Source: Flavobacteriales bacterium
GTDB taxonomy: Bacteria > Bacteroidota > Bacteroidia > Flavobacteriales_G > Salibacteraceae
DNA length: 64,000 nt
Direction of reading: 5' to 3'
Assembly (NCBI GenBank): GCA_018660685.1
Contig: JABJJW010000020.1
Coordinates: forward strand, 44,257 to 108,256
Within the stretch, counting starts at the first letter, position 1; every line of letters starts with the position of its first letter. A program made the translations under genes and the position numbers. The notes beneath the pieces are model-generated. The model had not been told where the DNA came from. It did no database searches and saw only the letters and a program-made list of their open reading frames with translations. This document shows positions 35,703 through 45,206 of this stretch, piece after piece.

Positions 35703-37699
35703 GGCAGGTGCACAATGAATTCTGAGCCTTCGCCTACGACACTCTTAACTTTAATACTGCCTTTGAGACGTTCACAAAGTAATTTGACAAGGGGAAGGCC
35801 CAACCCGTTAGAACGGGTGCCATCAGCGCTTGTACTCTTCTTTTTGAAGAACTTTTCGAAAATTCGACCTTGGTCCTCCTCGCTAATTCCCGGCCCTTGA
35901 TCTTCAATCGAGATGCGGGTGCTACCTCCTTGTGAGATCGTAATGAAAAGACTCGAATTTGGGGGGTTGAATTTGATGGCATTTGAAATCAGATTATGCA
36001 GGATGTGGCGAAGCATAGTCTTTACCGTATGGACCTCATGATCTTCGCTATCATAAAAGTGGATGCTGATCTTCTTTGACTTAATCAAACTCTGAAAATC
36101 ATTCAATATTTCCCGAATTAAGGGATTTAATTGGACTGTTTCGAGGGGCGGGATTTCATTCTTCTTCTCATGTTCTAGCAACGTGTTGAATTCTTGAATG
36201 AACTGAGCCGCGCCACTCGCGGAATCTTTCAAGTACTGCCTCAACGTCTTCTTCTCCTTCGCATCGGGTTCATTTTCTTCCAATTCGATGAGCTGAAGGA
36301 TATTCACCAATGGACCTTTGAGATCATGAGTGACAATGTTGAATATTGATTCTTGCTCATTCAGGAGTCGTCTCAATTCTTTATTCGTTTCATCTTGATG
36401 GCGGTTCCGGTCGGCCAACTGCCCAAGCAGGTTTTTTCGAACCCGGCTAGTGTTCCAGATCATTCCAATAAGCCCGATTAGACTCAGAGCCAAAGCGATA
36501 AGCAGAAAGAGAAACCATCTCTGAGTAGTCAAGGCAAGAGCAGACGCTTGATTCTCATTTCTCAAGAATTGATTCTTTAGATGGGCTTGCTTGAGCTCTT
36601 GCATGCGTTCGAGGCGGGCAATATTTCTCAAATTGTCCTCATCAACCAATGTGTCTTTTAAGGCCTGATATTTTTTGTGATAGAATAAGGAACTATAATA
36701 TTGACCATGGGCCTCGAAAGACCGAGAAATGGTCTTGCAAATATCTCGTTCGTAGAGCGTGGCATTTGTTCTTTTCACCAAGGTCATGGCTCTGCGAGAG
36801 TAGGCGATCGCCGACCGATAGTCACCCAGAAAAAAGTAAAGCTCACCCAGATCATTTAGAGAGTATGCAGTGCTTGCTGTATTATTCAAACGATTTTTAA
36901 GTTCTATTGCCTCAAAATGATATTTCAGAGCTTGATGAAATTCCTTTTGTCTAGTAAAAAGAAAACCAAGATTAGTGAGAATTCGAGCCTTTCCATTGTC
37001 GCTGTTTTGAGCCGTGGCAATTTCAAGTGCTCGATCAAGAGATTGGAAAGCGTCATCAAATCGGCTGAGTTGAGTGAGTGAAATTCCTTTATTGCTGAGA
37101 AGCATAGCAAGAGCGAACGAGTCTTGTCGAGCCGTAGCAATTTCAATTGCATCATCATAATACGAGATGGCTTGATCATGCTCATCGAGCTTCCTATAAA
37201 GTTCACCAAGACTATTGAGAGACCTAATCATCAGATGAGAATCAGATGATTTTTTTGCATGGTTCATTGCTCGCAAGGAGTATTCGAGTGCGATGTCAGC
37301 AGAACCGAGCTCCTCATAAATCTCTGAGCTAGCATCTTCGATGCGAAACAGAAGGCCGTGATCTGAGATGATTTTGGTGAAGTGTTTTATGCTATCGAGA
37401 TGCAAGAGCGCCTTTTCGTGGTGACCATGGTCAGCTAGCCAAATCGCGAGCCTGTATTGATTCCGGAGTTCTAATTTTTCTCCTTTTTTAGTGGACTTAG
37501 ACAGAGCCGTAATGAATTCATTCAGTTGTAAAAAGGCAGCTGAATCTCGCCAAGTCGCGTACTTCAACGCTTGCTCAGCAGCCTCAATTTGGGCGTCGCC
37601 GTCGAGCGAAAGGATGTGGTTCTTAAGGCTGTCGGTATTCACCGCCCAAGCCGTAAAAGGAAAAGCCAAGAAAGAAACAAAGAGAATCCGTAGTAGCAC
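35699..37699 (-). CDS. TPR-repeat sensor histidine kinase (no partner regulator nearby)
   Basis: 666 aa: signal peptide, ~340 aa of TPR-like repeats, one TM (FLFLLIALALSLIGLIGMIW), H-box VTHDLKGPL, N-box NLISNAIKF, and G-boxes DQGPGI and GLGLPLV. Confidence 0.85.
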   Translation of the reverse strand: MLLRILFVSFLAFPFTAWAVNTDSLKNHILSLDGDAQIEAAEQALKYATWRDSAAFLQLNEFITALSKSTKKGEKLELRNQYRLAIWLADHGHHEKALLHLDSIKHFTKIISDHGLLFRIEDASSEIYEELGSADIALEYSLRAMNHAKKSSDSHLMIRSLNSLGELYRKLDEHDQAISYYDDAIEIATARQDSFALAMLLSNKGISLTQLSRFDDAFQSLDRALEIATAQNSDNGKARILTNLGFLFTRQKEFHQALKYHFEAIELKNRLNNTASTAYSLNDLGELYFFLGDYRSAIAYSRRAMTLVKRTNATLYERDICKTISRSFEAHGQYYSSLFYHKKYQALKDTLVDEDNLRNIARLERMQELKQAHLKNQFLRNENQASALALTTQRWFLFLLIALALSLIGLIGMIWNTSRVRKNLLGQLADRNRHQDETNKELRRLLNEQESIFNIVTHDLKGPLVNILQLIELEENEPDAKEKKTLRQYLKDSASGAAQFIQEFNTLLEHEKKNEIPPLETVQLNPLIREILNDFQSLIKSKKISIHFYDSEDHEVHTVKTMLRHILHNLISNAIKFNPPNSSLFITISQGGSTRISIEDQGPGISEEDQGRIFEKFFKKKSTSADGTRSNGLGLPLVKLLCERLKGSIKVKSVVGEGSEFIVHLP

Positions 37700-37724
37700 G
37701 AATCAAATATGCCTCAATTTCTTC

Positions 37725-40136
37725 TTATTTGGTGGCTAGCGTCATTTTTTTGATTCGATCTTCCAAACGCTCAGAAGTTACCTTGTCACGGAGGCGATCG
37801 ACGATTATTGGAAATGAAAATGGCGTAAAACTTGGAGGTCGCAGAACTTCAATGGTCTGAGCGTTGATTCTGGTCAAAGCCTCCCTCAATCTTACTTCTT
37901 CAAGCTGAAAGTCTGTGACTTCGTCAAACGCCTGCCTGAGCAACAAGTTTTCTTTGTCGTATTCCTGAAACACATCAAAGAATAAACCTGAACTCACTTG
38001 AAGGTGTCGCCCCTTCTTTTGATTGCCAGGGTAACCTCTAAACACGAGCCCACTGATGGATGCAATGTCTCTAAATCGAGCCCCGGCCATTCCCACCGAA
38101 TTGACGCTTGCTAAAATATCCTCCATGAGATGATCAGTAGAAAGAAGGTTGTTATCGATCATTTCTTGAATGTTGATTGGCTGATCAGAAAGCAACTCAA
38201 ATCCATAGTCGTTCATGGCAAAAGTGAAGGTGATTGGATTAAGCAATGACATGCGGTAAGCCAATAGTGCAGCCATTCCTTCGTGAACAAATCGACCTTC
38301 AAACGGGAAAAAGATGGCATGATATCCATCTTTACTTTCGAAGCATTCTATTAGAAACTGATCGACCCTCGGCACGATGGAATTCTCCATCTGTTTATCG
38401 ATTAATGGTTGCAAGAATTTAATTTCAACGTCGTCGGAACCACCAATCACAGCTTCATTCAACTTTTGTCGAAGCATCTTCGACATTTGGTTAGAAAGCG
38501 GCATACGCCCACCATTCCAACTAGGAATTGGACCGGTGTTTTTATTTGACTTTCTGACCTCTGCTGTCAATCCTTTGACGCGGACTAATTCTAAACTTCG
38601 CCCGGCGAACCAGAACACATTTCCGGGTGAAAGTCGGGAGATGAAAGACTCCTCGATGTTTCCAAGAAAGCCACCAGAAACAAACTTCACTTTCATCATG
38701 ACATCTCCCACAATGGTCCCAATTGAGAAACGATGGCGGAGCGCCACTCTCTTTGAGGTCACCTTGTAAAAGCCATCTTCGACGACAACTTTGTGGAATT
38801 CATCGTACGTATTTAGCGAGCTCCCTCCATGTACAATGAAACGCAGAATCCATTCATATTCTTCTTTGGAAATTGACTCGTAACAAAAGGTGGTCTTAAT
38901 CTCATCGAAAATCAACTCAGGAGAAAAACCGTCAGATACGGCCAACGTGACGAGATATTGGATGAGGACATCAAATGATCTGAGATAGGGGACTCGACTT
39001 TCCATCATCTCAAGCGCTACTGCCTCTCGCAATGCCGCGCCCTCGATGAGTTCCAGAGAATGTGTTGGCACAAAGAAAATTTTGCTCGTCGCTCCAGGCT
39101 GATGGCCGCTACGACCTGCCCGTTGTGCGAATCGCGCTACTCCTTTCGGACTTCCCACTTGAATTATGGTTCCCACCGGACGGAAATCGACCCCAAGATC
39201 AAGGCTTGAAGTACAAACAACGGCTTTTAAGTGCCCACCATATAAAGCGTCTTCGACCCAATGCCGCGTTTCTTTACTCATCGACCCATGGTGCAATGCA
39301 ATGATGCCGGCGAGAGATGGATCTGCTTCAAGCAGTTTTTGGTACCAAATTTCAGCCTGCCCTCGGGTGTTCAAAAAGATGAGTGAGCTTTCGCTTTTAT
39401 GAATGATGGGCAGGATCTTATCGATGAGCTTTATCCCCAAATGTCCGGCCCAAGGAAGCTCCTCAACATCATCAGGGAAAATAGATTTGATGATATATTT
39501 CTTCTTGATTCCACTGCGAATGATGACATGGGTGTTCTTCTTAAAGCTAGCACCTAGAAGGACTTCTAAGCTCTGTTCCATGTTTCCGATCGTTGCAGAA
39601 ATTCCCCATATTCTTAGGGCAGGACTGATCGATTTTAATCTTGACAAGCCAAGCTCAACTTGAACTCCACGTTTTGACCCGATTAATTCATGCCACTCGT
39701 CCATGACAATGGCCTTCAGATTTTTGAAATACTTCGGGTAGTCTTTTTGAGCCAAGAGCACGTGCAATGTCTCTGGGGTGGTGATCAAAATGTTGGGAGG
39801 AGAGCGCTTAATTTTTGCTTTCTGCGCCTGTGAGGTGTCACCCGTTCTGATCGCCACAGTCAGCTCCAATTCCATTTCTTCGATTGCGCGTTGTGCGGAC
39901 TGCAATATCTCTTTGGAAAGTGCCCGAATCGGAGTGATCCAAATGTTCTGAAGCCCATTGCTTTTTTGAGTTGATAGTAGAATTGGTAGGAGGAGTGAGT
40001 AAGTCTTTCCACTTCCGGTTGGCGCATTTACGATTCCGTGAAAGCCTTCATCAAACTTGGACCAAGCTTCCTTTTGAAACGGAAATGGCTTCCACTTTTT
40101 AGACTTGAACCAGCTGGAAGCGCGCTGGTTGATCAT
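37725..40136 (-). CDS. lhr: Ligase-associated DNA damage response DExH-box helicase (Lhr-core-like)
   Basis: 803 aa with Walker A APTGSGKT, the DEWH box, and a C-terminal domain typical of this helicase class. Confidence 0.85.
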   Translation of the reverse strand: MINQRASSWFKSKKWKPFPFQKEAWSKFDEGFHGIVNAPTGSGKTYSLLLPILLSTQKSNGLQNIWITPIRALSKEILQSAQRAIEEMELELTVAIRTGDTSQAQKAKIKRSPPNILITTPETLHVLLAQKDYPKYFKNLKAIVMDEWHELIGSKRGVQVELGLSRLKSISPALRIWGISATIGNMEQSLEVLLGASFKKNTHVIIRSGIKKKYIIKSIFPDDVEELPWAGHLGIKLIDKILPIIHKSESSLIFLNTRGQAEIWYQKLLEADPSLAGIIALHHGSMSKETRHWVEDALYGGHLKAVVCTSSLDLGVDFRPVGTIIQVGSPKGVARFAQRAGRSGHQPGATSKIFFVPTHSLELIEGAALREAVALEMMESRVPYLRSFDVLIQYLVTLAVSDGFSPELIFDEIKTTFCYESISKEEYEWILRFIVHGGSSLNTYDEFHKVVVEDGFYKVTSKRVALRHRFSIGTIVGDVMMKVKFVSGGFLGNIEESFISRLSPGNVFWFAGRSLELVRVKGLTAEVRKSNKNTGPIPSWNGGRMPLSNQMSKMLRQKLNEAVIGGSDDVEIKFLQPLIDKQMENSIVPRVDQFLIECFESKDGYHAIFFPFEGRFVHEGMAALLAYRMSLLNPITFTFAMNDYGFELLSDQPINIQEMIDNNLLSTDHLMEDILASVNSVGMAGARFRDIASISGLVFRGYPGNQKKGRHLQVSSGLFFDVFQEYDKENLLLRQAFDEVTDFQLEEVRLREALTRINAQTIEVLRPPSFTPFSFPIIVDRLRDKVTSERLEDRIKKMTLATK

Positions 40137-40390
40137 AGGTCGAGTTCAAATACCAGAGCAGCAAGAGTCCAGAGAAATCCGACGGCTAAGCCGTGTACAA
40201 AAGCCTTCTTCAGTTGCTTCTCGGGGAGACTGAAATTAACGGCAGCGATGATGATTATTGAACCACCAGCGCGCATCATTGAAGTTTCAAAATCAGGAAA
40301 GTCGCCAATCATATTATAGGCGCCAAAAGCAGTGACGACTCCAGGAAATACACCTGCAAGCCCAGCGAGAATATTATAGAGTCTGTGCAC
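40133..40390 (-). CDS. Small hydrophobic ORF (2-3 TM) heading the helicase operon; coding status uncertain
   Basis: 85 aa with a GTG start and a 4-nt overlap with the helicase start. No family recognised. Confidence 0.4.
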   Translation of the reverse strand: MHRLYNILAGLAGVFPGVVTAFGAYNMIGDFPDFETSMMRAGGSIIIIAAVNFSLPEKQLKKAFVHGLAVGFLWTLAALVFELDL

Positions 40391-40394
40391 GACG

Positions 40395-40402
40395 CAAATG
40401 TA
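40395..40402 (-). promoter_or_regulatory. -7 box TACATTTG, 4 nt upstream of the GTG of the 85-aa ORF
   Basis: Exact TAnnTTTG on the minus strand. Confidence 0.35.
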
Positions 40403-40456
40403 CCTCGGACGAATCGACTTGTTTAAGCTCTATCAAGACGCTCAGCATGTTGTTCT

Positions 40457-40476
40457 AACTTTTGGCTTCAAAAGTT
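40457..40476. promoter_or_regulatory. Perfect inverted repeat AACTTTTG-gctt-CAAAAGTT
   Basis: Read directly: 8-bp arms and a 4-nt spacer, in a divergent intergenic region. Confidence 0.5.
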
Positions 40477-40511
40477 GAGATACGGACAGAATTATTATAT
40501 ATGGAAAAAGG

Positions 40512-40521
40512 GTTTCGAAAA
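40512..40521. promoter_or_regulatory. Perfect 10-bp palindrome GTTTCGAAAC
   Basis: Read directly. Lies 10 nt upstream of the orphan terminator. Confidence 0.4.
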
Positions 40522-40530
40522 CAATTCAAA

Positions 40531-40557
40531 AGGCCGCCTAATTGCGGCCTTTTTTTG
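40531..40557 (+). terminator. Orphan intrinsic terminator (no + strand gene upstream)
   Basis: AGGCCGC-ctaatt-GCGGCCT (7-bp GC-rich stem) followed by T7. Confidence 0.65.
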
Positions 40558-40586
40558 TTTGTAATAGGTCAGTCAAAACGACGTTC

Positions 40587-40594
40587 TATTTTTG
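40587..40594 (+). promoter_or_regulatory. -7 box TATTTTTG upstream of the coiled-coil protein gene
   Basis: Exact TAnnTTTG, 19 nt before the ATG at 40614. Confidence 0.4.
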
Positions 40595-40613
40595 CTTACC
40601 AATCACTCCCATT

Positions 40614-41525
40614 ATGTCAGAATCTGAAAAGAAGCAAAAGAAGAGTCCATTAATGCTAATACTGCTGATCCTGTTGGGGCTCTCCAACGCTGCGACGCTG
40701 TATTTACTCTATTCCGAGCGACAGGTAAATGTTGAATTGGTCACGCAGAATACCGACTTAGGTGTCGAAAAAGACAAACTGACAATTGAACTTCAGGACA
40801 TGCTTTCGAAGTATGACAGTGTTGATACTGAAAATGAAGAAATGAATGCCCAGATTGCCGAACAGAAGGCAGAAATTGAGCGATTGCTTGAAGAAGCAGA
40901 GAAGCACAAGGACGATGCTTGGGCGATCTACAAATTGAGAAAAGAAGCAACGACTTTGAGAAGCGTCATGAAGAATTATCTGGTAACGATCGACTCGCTG
41001 AATACAGTTAACCAGAACCTCGTCCAAGAGAAAGCGCAGGTCCAGACGCAGTTAGCTGGCCAAAAACAGAAGAATGAGGAATTGAACGAAGAGAATGAGG
41101 AGCTTGCTCAAAAGGTGAAAATTGGCTCCAAGCTCAAGGCGGTCGACCTCGTTTCTCAAGGTCAGCGAGTGAAGAGCAACAACATTCATCGCGAGACTGA
41201 TCGTGCAAAACGCACAGACAAGATCAAGACCTGTTTCACCATTGATAAAAACGAGGTTATTAAGCCAGGAAAGGTTGACGTCTTCCTTCGAATCATAGGG
41301 CCAGACGGAGAGGTTCTCGCCTTCGATCAGACCCAAGACTACATGTTCACCTACGACGGTAAGGAGGGATTGTACTCCAGAAAGGAGGAAATCGTCTATG
41401 AAAATGACGAAGTTGACTTGTGCTATTATTGGGATTTACTCAAAGAGGCCAAGGCGGGTAAATACCTTATTGAGGTTTATGCCCAAGACTATTTGATGGG
41501 CACCACCAAATTTGAGTTGAAATAA
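40614..41525 (+). CDS. Membrane-anchored coiled-coil protein with a C-terminal beta-rich domain
   Basis: Start moved to MSESEKKQKK (ATG 40614), because the longer ORF-track version begins inside the terminator. One TM (LMLILLILLGL), then ~170 aa of heptad-like E/K/Q-rich sequence. Confidence 0.6.
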   Translation: MSESEKKQKKSPLMLILLILLGLSNAATLYLLYSERQVNVELVTQNTDLGVEKDKLTIELQDMLSKYDSVDTENEEMNAQIAEQKAEIERLLEEAEKHKDDAWAIYKLRKEATTLRSVMKNYLVTIDSLNTVNQNLVQEKAQVQTQLAGQKQKNEELNEENEELAQKVKIGSKLKAVDLVSQGQRVKSNNIHRETDRAKRTDKIKTCFTIDKNEVIKPGKVDVFLRIIGPDGEVLAFDQTQDYMFTYDGKEGLYSRKEEIVYENDEVDLCYYWDLLKEAKAGKYLIEVYAQDYLMGTTKFELK

Positions 41526-44500
41526 TTAGAAGAAAGCTCTGGCTTCTATTCCACCGGTATGAATGACTTTCAATCCTGGGCTTCGACGACCGTTGTAATT
41601 TAGGTTGATCTGTAAATTACTGGCGAGGGTGCGCTGGTAGGAAACTCCCCAAGTTGTGTTCGTCCCAGGTTGCAACCCATCAAGCATTGTGAAACCAACC
41701 GGGCTGTCTGCTTTTCCCGAATAGGCGATGTCAACCAAATTAATCGATGCCAATAGATTGCCTTTTTCTGGAGAGCTTAAGGTGAATTCTAAACCTCCGC
41801 GCTGGGTAATGGCTTGCTCATCACCGGGATTTGCATCACTGATGAATTTTCGATTGTCTTGTTCCTTGTACTCATAGAGCAAGGTGATTCGCCATTTTGG
41901 AGTTGGTTGAAGCGAAAACCTCGGCTCAATAGAGCGATAATAAATTCTAAAATTCCGAGAAGCCAGTAAACCGGCATCCGATGTTGAGGTGTTCCAGCCT
42001 TGCTCCCCGCGTACATTCAGACTCAATACTGACGAAAGGTTCCACCGGATTCCAGGGCTCATCTTTTCCGTTGAACGAGACTCAAATCCACTGGTTAAGA
42101 GATTCCGACTTTCCAATCTCTGAATCGTCAAGTCGGCACCAAATACCGGATGGGATTGATTAAAATAAAAGATGTTTCGGAGATTAGAGTTTATGGATTG
42201 GAGTAGGGTGTCAGCGACATCGAATTGAAAGGGATTGAATTGTTCTAAAAGCGGCAATTCAAAGGTTTTCCGGTCTGCTGAATAGGAGAATTGATCTGAG
42301 AAGTAGCTGAGAAATTTCAGGAAACCTGTCTCCTTTCGCCAAATCGTAGCGGGTCTCAAGTACAAGGATTGGGTGAATTGATTCCTGAACACTTTGACAT
42401 AGTCACTGGTTGGGACAAACACTTTCAGGTAATTGGCACTTGCGACTTGATCCGCTTGAACGGCGAGTTCGAATTCATCGAGCTCTTTATCACCATTCCC
42501 ATTGTAGTCAATGTGGATATGAGTTCCTTGACCAGGAGTCGTCTCAATGTAGATGTACTCCCTCCGATTCTCCAACCCTGATCCAATCTCATAAAAGGTG
42601 GAGGATGTGATAGCGCTTTTGAATACGCGCGCTCGATACTCTATACGCGACAGCAAGGTGTTCTCGACCTGTTGTGCGGTGAGCTTCTCATTGAGAATGT
42701 CCAACGTGCGATAGTTGGTCTTAAGCAGAAGAGCAGAATTCGAAGATTTGTTCAGTGCGACCTCAAACCCATATATGCGAGCGAATGTTGCCTTGTCTAG
42801 GCGCGCTCGATTTTTCAGCCAATCAGTCCGCTCTGCATAGGAAAGCTCAAATCCATTTCGGAAGGAGTCAGGCGTCGAGATAGAAGCTTGCCATTCCCAG
42901 AACTTAAAGGCCAAGGAGGAAAGCGTATCCGTGATGGGATCAAAACGCTTGTTCTCCTCGAAGTCATCCTTGAACCCTAACTCGAGGTTCCAAATAGGAA
43001 GCCGCCACAGATTGTTATGCTGGTAGTACTTGCTCTGAACTAAATCGCCTTCTTGCTGAGTTTGACTTGCCGCGAAGTTTCCTCGGACTCGTTTGTGATT
43101 GGCCTTAATCGTCGCCAGATTTTGAATTCCACCAAAGGAAGATCCAGCGGTGAAAGACTTGATTCCATAGGCCAATTCTAATTCCTTCTCTCTCGATATT
43201 CCGAGGAGAGCGCCAAGTACATTTTGATTGTCATTGACTGTCAGATCTCTGATGTTCCAGTCGCGATCAAACTCGACCGTCCTGAATCGTTCGATTTGCT
43301 GAAAATTCCGCTGAAGAAATTCATAATCCGCACTGGCAAGGGCCTTCCACTTGCCGCTGAGAGGTTGCTCTCCTTTCAGCCTAATTTTCGCCGCCATGCC
43401 TAGATCATCGGATCCATCCACACTGCTAAATGTGTTTACATCATTGCTCGAGCCAGCCCATTCGCCTTGAATTGTAAGGCGGTCGTTTATTTTCATTTCA
43501 CCATGGGCGACGATCATTTGACGCTGCTTTGGTGTCACCAACTTCACCACCGGCGCAAAGCTACCCTGGGGCACACCATTGACTGGAGCTACCCATTCGT
43601 AAACCCGACCAAAAGCCAATTGTCGTGAGAATATGTAATCACCCATTCCCTCGCCGACGTTAGAAAAGGTGGCTTGGACAAAAGCAGTTTTGGGATCAGA
43701 ACTGTAGACTAAAACGTCCTTGGCAAGAACAGAATCACCGAGGGCTTGATCATAATACAGGCTGTCTTTTCGATTGTAAAGGATTTGATTTTCTGAGAAA
43801 GGGATTGAGTCGGTTCCTGGAGCAATAGCCGCATTGACATCGTCACCGATTGTTCGTAATATGTCCTTTTGTTCTGAAGTCAATTCTTGTTGTAGGGGTT
43901 GATTTTTAGCATCTTGCTCAGAGTAAATGGATACTCCTGCTACTGCATTTTCAGATTCGTATTCCGCGGATCCATAGACAAGTGAACGGGCGTAGTTTCG
44001 ATCTGAATATTGATATTCTGCCACGATCCTTCGATCTTTTGTGATCGGGAGTTTCGCAGTAAAAGTGATCTCCGATGTATTGTAGTTGATGACATAGTCA
44101 TGCTCTTGACCTCGAACCAACAATCTCCCGTCAAGATAAACCCGTTCTGTTCCTGAAAGAACCACGATGAAAGGCTCTCCATCTGCTCCAGTTAATCGAT
44201 ACGGCCCTTGATTTCCTTCTATTCCCTGTATTGTTTTTCGAGCGAATTTCCCTCGCGATACAGCGCCGCTCGCTTCGAGTTTTACTGAGGCCGTGGAGTC
44301 TTTTCCCACCGAGTTTAATTGGGATTCGATTCGACCGCCCTGAAGCCGTTTATTGAATTGCATGAAGTAGCCCTGCTTTCTGACGATCTGAAAATCCCCG
44401 GCCGTGAGTCGGTTGTCGTCATCATATACCTGAATGTAGACTTGGTCAAAATCCTGAAGCTGTTGCGTGTTGCCCTCTGGCTGAATCGGAATGTTTTGGT

Positions 44501-45029
44501 CCGCAATGGCCGCGGCGATGGTGAAACGTTCGTTGAGCTGTCCTGCCAATTGGAGGTTCAAGCTTGAATTTATAGAGAGATTTTGATTGTTGCCTACCGA
44601 AATGCCTCTTGAAATGCTGCCTCGTTTCTCAATCTCTCCTAGATCCAGAACCTTGGAGGTTTTAGACTTGCCTCCCGTTGATTTAAAAGGATTGTACACA
44701 CGTTGAGGATCCCCAATTAGTGATGTCTCCTTGTGCTTAAATGGGCGGGTGAAATTGAAAGGGAAGGTCTGATAGGTCACATCGACCGATTTTGGCCGAT
44801 TGGATGATGGCTCAATCAGAACGAGAAGCCCTTTCGCAAAGTCTACGATGTAATCATTCGAATCCAGGCCGACCAGCGCGAAGGTTCCAGGAATGATGCT
44901 GTTTGTGTCCAGTTGAATTGTGTCAGAAGAGAGCAGGACCTGCTTAGGCACATCGGTAACCTGCGCCTCAGACGAAGAGCAAATTCCTATGAATAGGACC
45001 CAAAACAACACGAGCAACCTCACCTTCAT
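41526..45029 (-). CDS. Very large predicted outer-membrane beta-barrel protein, family not assigned
   Basis: ~1167 aa from ATG 45029 (the ORF track starts at TTG 45041). Signal peptide MKVRLLVLFWVLFIGICSSSEA. Beta-strand-like alternation throughout. C-terminal ...GGIEARAFF. Confidence 0.65.
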   Translation of the reverse strand: MKVRLLVLFWVLFIGICSSSEAQVTDVPKQVLLSSDTIQLDTNSIIPGTFALVGLDSNDYIVDFAKGLLVLIEPSSNRPKSVDVTYQTFPFNFTRPFKHKETSLIGDPQRVYNPFKSTGGKSKTSKVLDLGEIEKRGSISRGISVGNNQNLSINSSLNLQLAGQLNERFTIAAAIADQNIPIQPEGNTQQLQDFDQVYIQVYDDDNRLTAGDFQIVRKQGYFMQFNKRLQGGRIESQLNSVGKDSTASVKLEASGAVSRGKFARKTIQGIEGNQGPYRLTGADGEPFIVVLSGTERVYLDGRLLVRGQEHDYVINYNTSEITFTAKLPITKDRRIVAEYQYSDRNYARSLVYGSAEYESENAVAGVSIYSEQDAKNQPLQQELTSEQKDILRTIGDDVNAAIAPGTDSIPFSENQILYNRKDSLYYDQALGDSVLAKDVLVYSSDPKTAFVQATFSNVGEGMGDYIFSRQLAFGRVYEWVAPVNGVPQGSFAPVVKLVTPKQRQMIVAHGEMKINDRLTIQGEWAGSSNDVNTFSSVDGSDDLGMAAKIRLKGEQPLSGKWKALASADYEFLQRNFQQIERFRTVEFDRDWNIRDLTVNDNQNVLGALLGISREKELELAYGIKSFTAGSSFGGIQNLATIKANHKRVRGNFAASQTQQEGDLVQSKYYQHNNLWRLPIWNLELGFKDDFEENKRFDPITDTLSSLAFKFWEWQASISTPDSFRNGFELSYAERTDWLKNRARLDKATFARIYGFEVALNKSSNSALLLKTNYRTLDILNEKLTAQQVENTLLSRIEYRARVFKSAITSSTFYEIGSGLENRREYIYIETTPGQGTHIHIDYNGNGDKELDEFELAVQADQVASANYLKVFVPTSDYVKVFRNQFTQSLYLRPATIWRKETGFLKFLSYFSDQFSYSADRKTFELPLLEQFNPFQFDVADTLLQSINSNLRNIFYFNQSHPVFGADLTIQRLESRNLLTSGFESRSTEKMSPGIRWNLSSVLSLNVRGEQGWNTSTSDAGLLASRNFRIYYRSIEPRFSLQPTPKWRITLLYEYKEQDNRKFISDANPGDEQAITQRGGLEFTLSSPEKGNLLASINLVDIAYSGKADSPVGFTMLDGLQPGTNTTWGVSYQRTLASNLQINLNYNGRRSPGLKVIHTGGIEARAFF

Positions 45030-45206
45030 CTGATGTATCAAAATTGATAAAACGACGGCACTTCCCGATTAGCATACTTCACATCTGATCACCATGCTTT
45101 TGTTCAATGCTCTATCATAACGAAAAGACGGGTGTTTATAATTCATTGCTCCTGTCCGCTAGCCTGCTGAATGCACCGGTAGCTTTGCCCTAAGTTTAGA
45201 CTGATT

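Noticed and set aside
40542-40613. Longer N-terminus for the coiled-coil protein as drawn in the ORF track
   Set aside because: That start lies inside the terminator stem/T-tract and upstream of the -7 box. ATG 40614 gives a normal K-rich N-terminus followed by a TM segment.
40462-40653. 63-aa ORF in the structured intergenic region
   Set aside because: It runs through the terminator hairpin and the -7 box of the next gene. Its sequence is basic and low in complexity. It is more likely non-coding.
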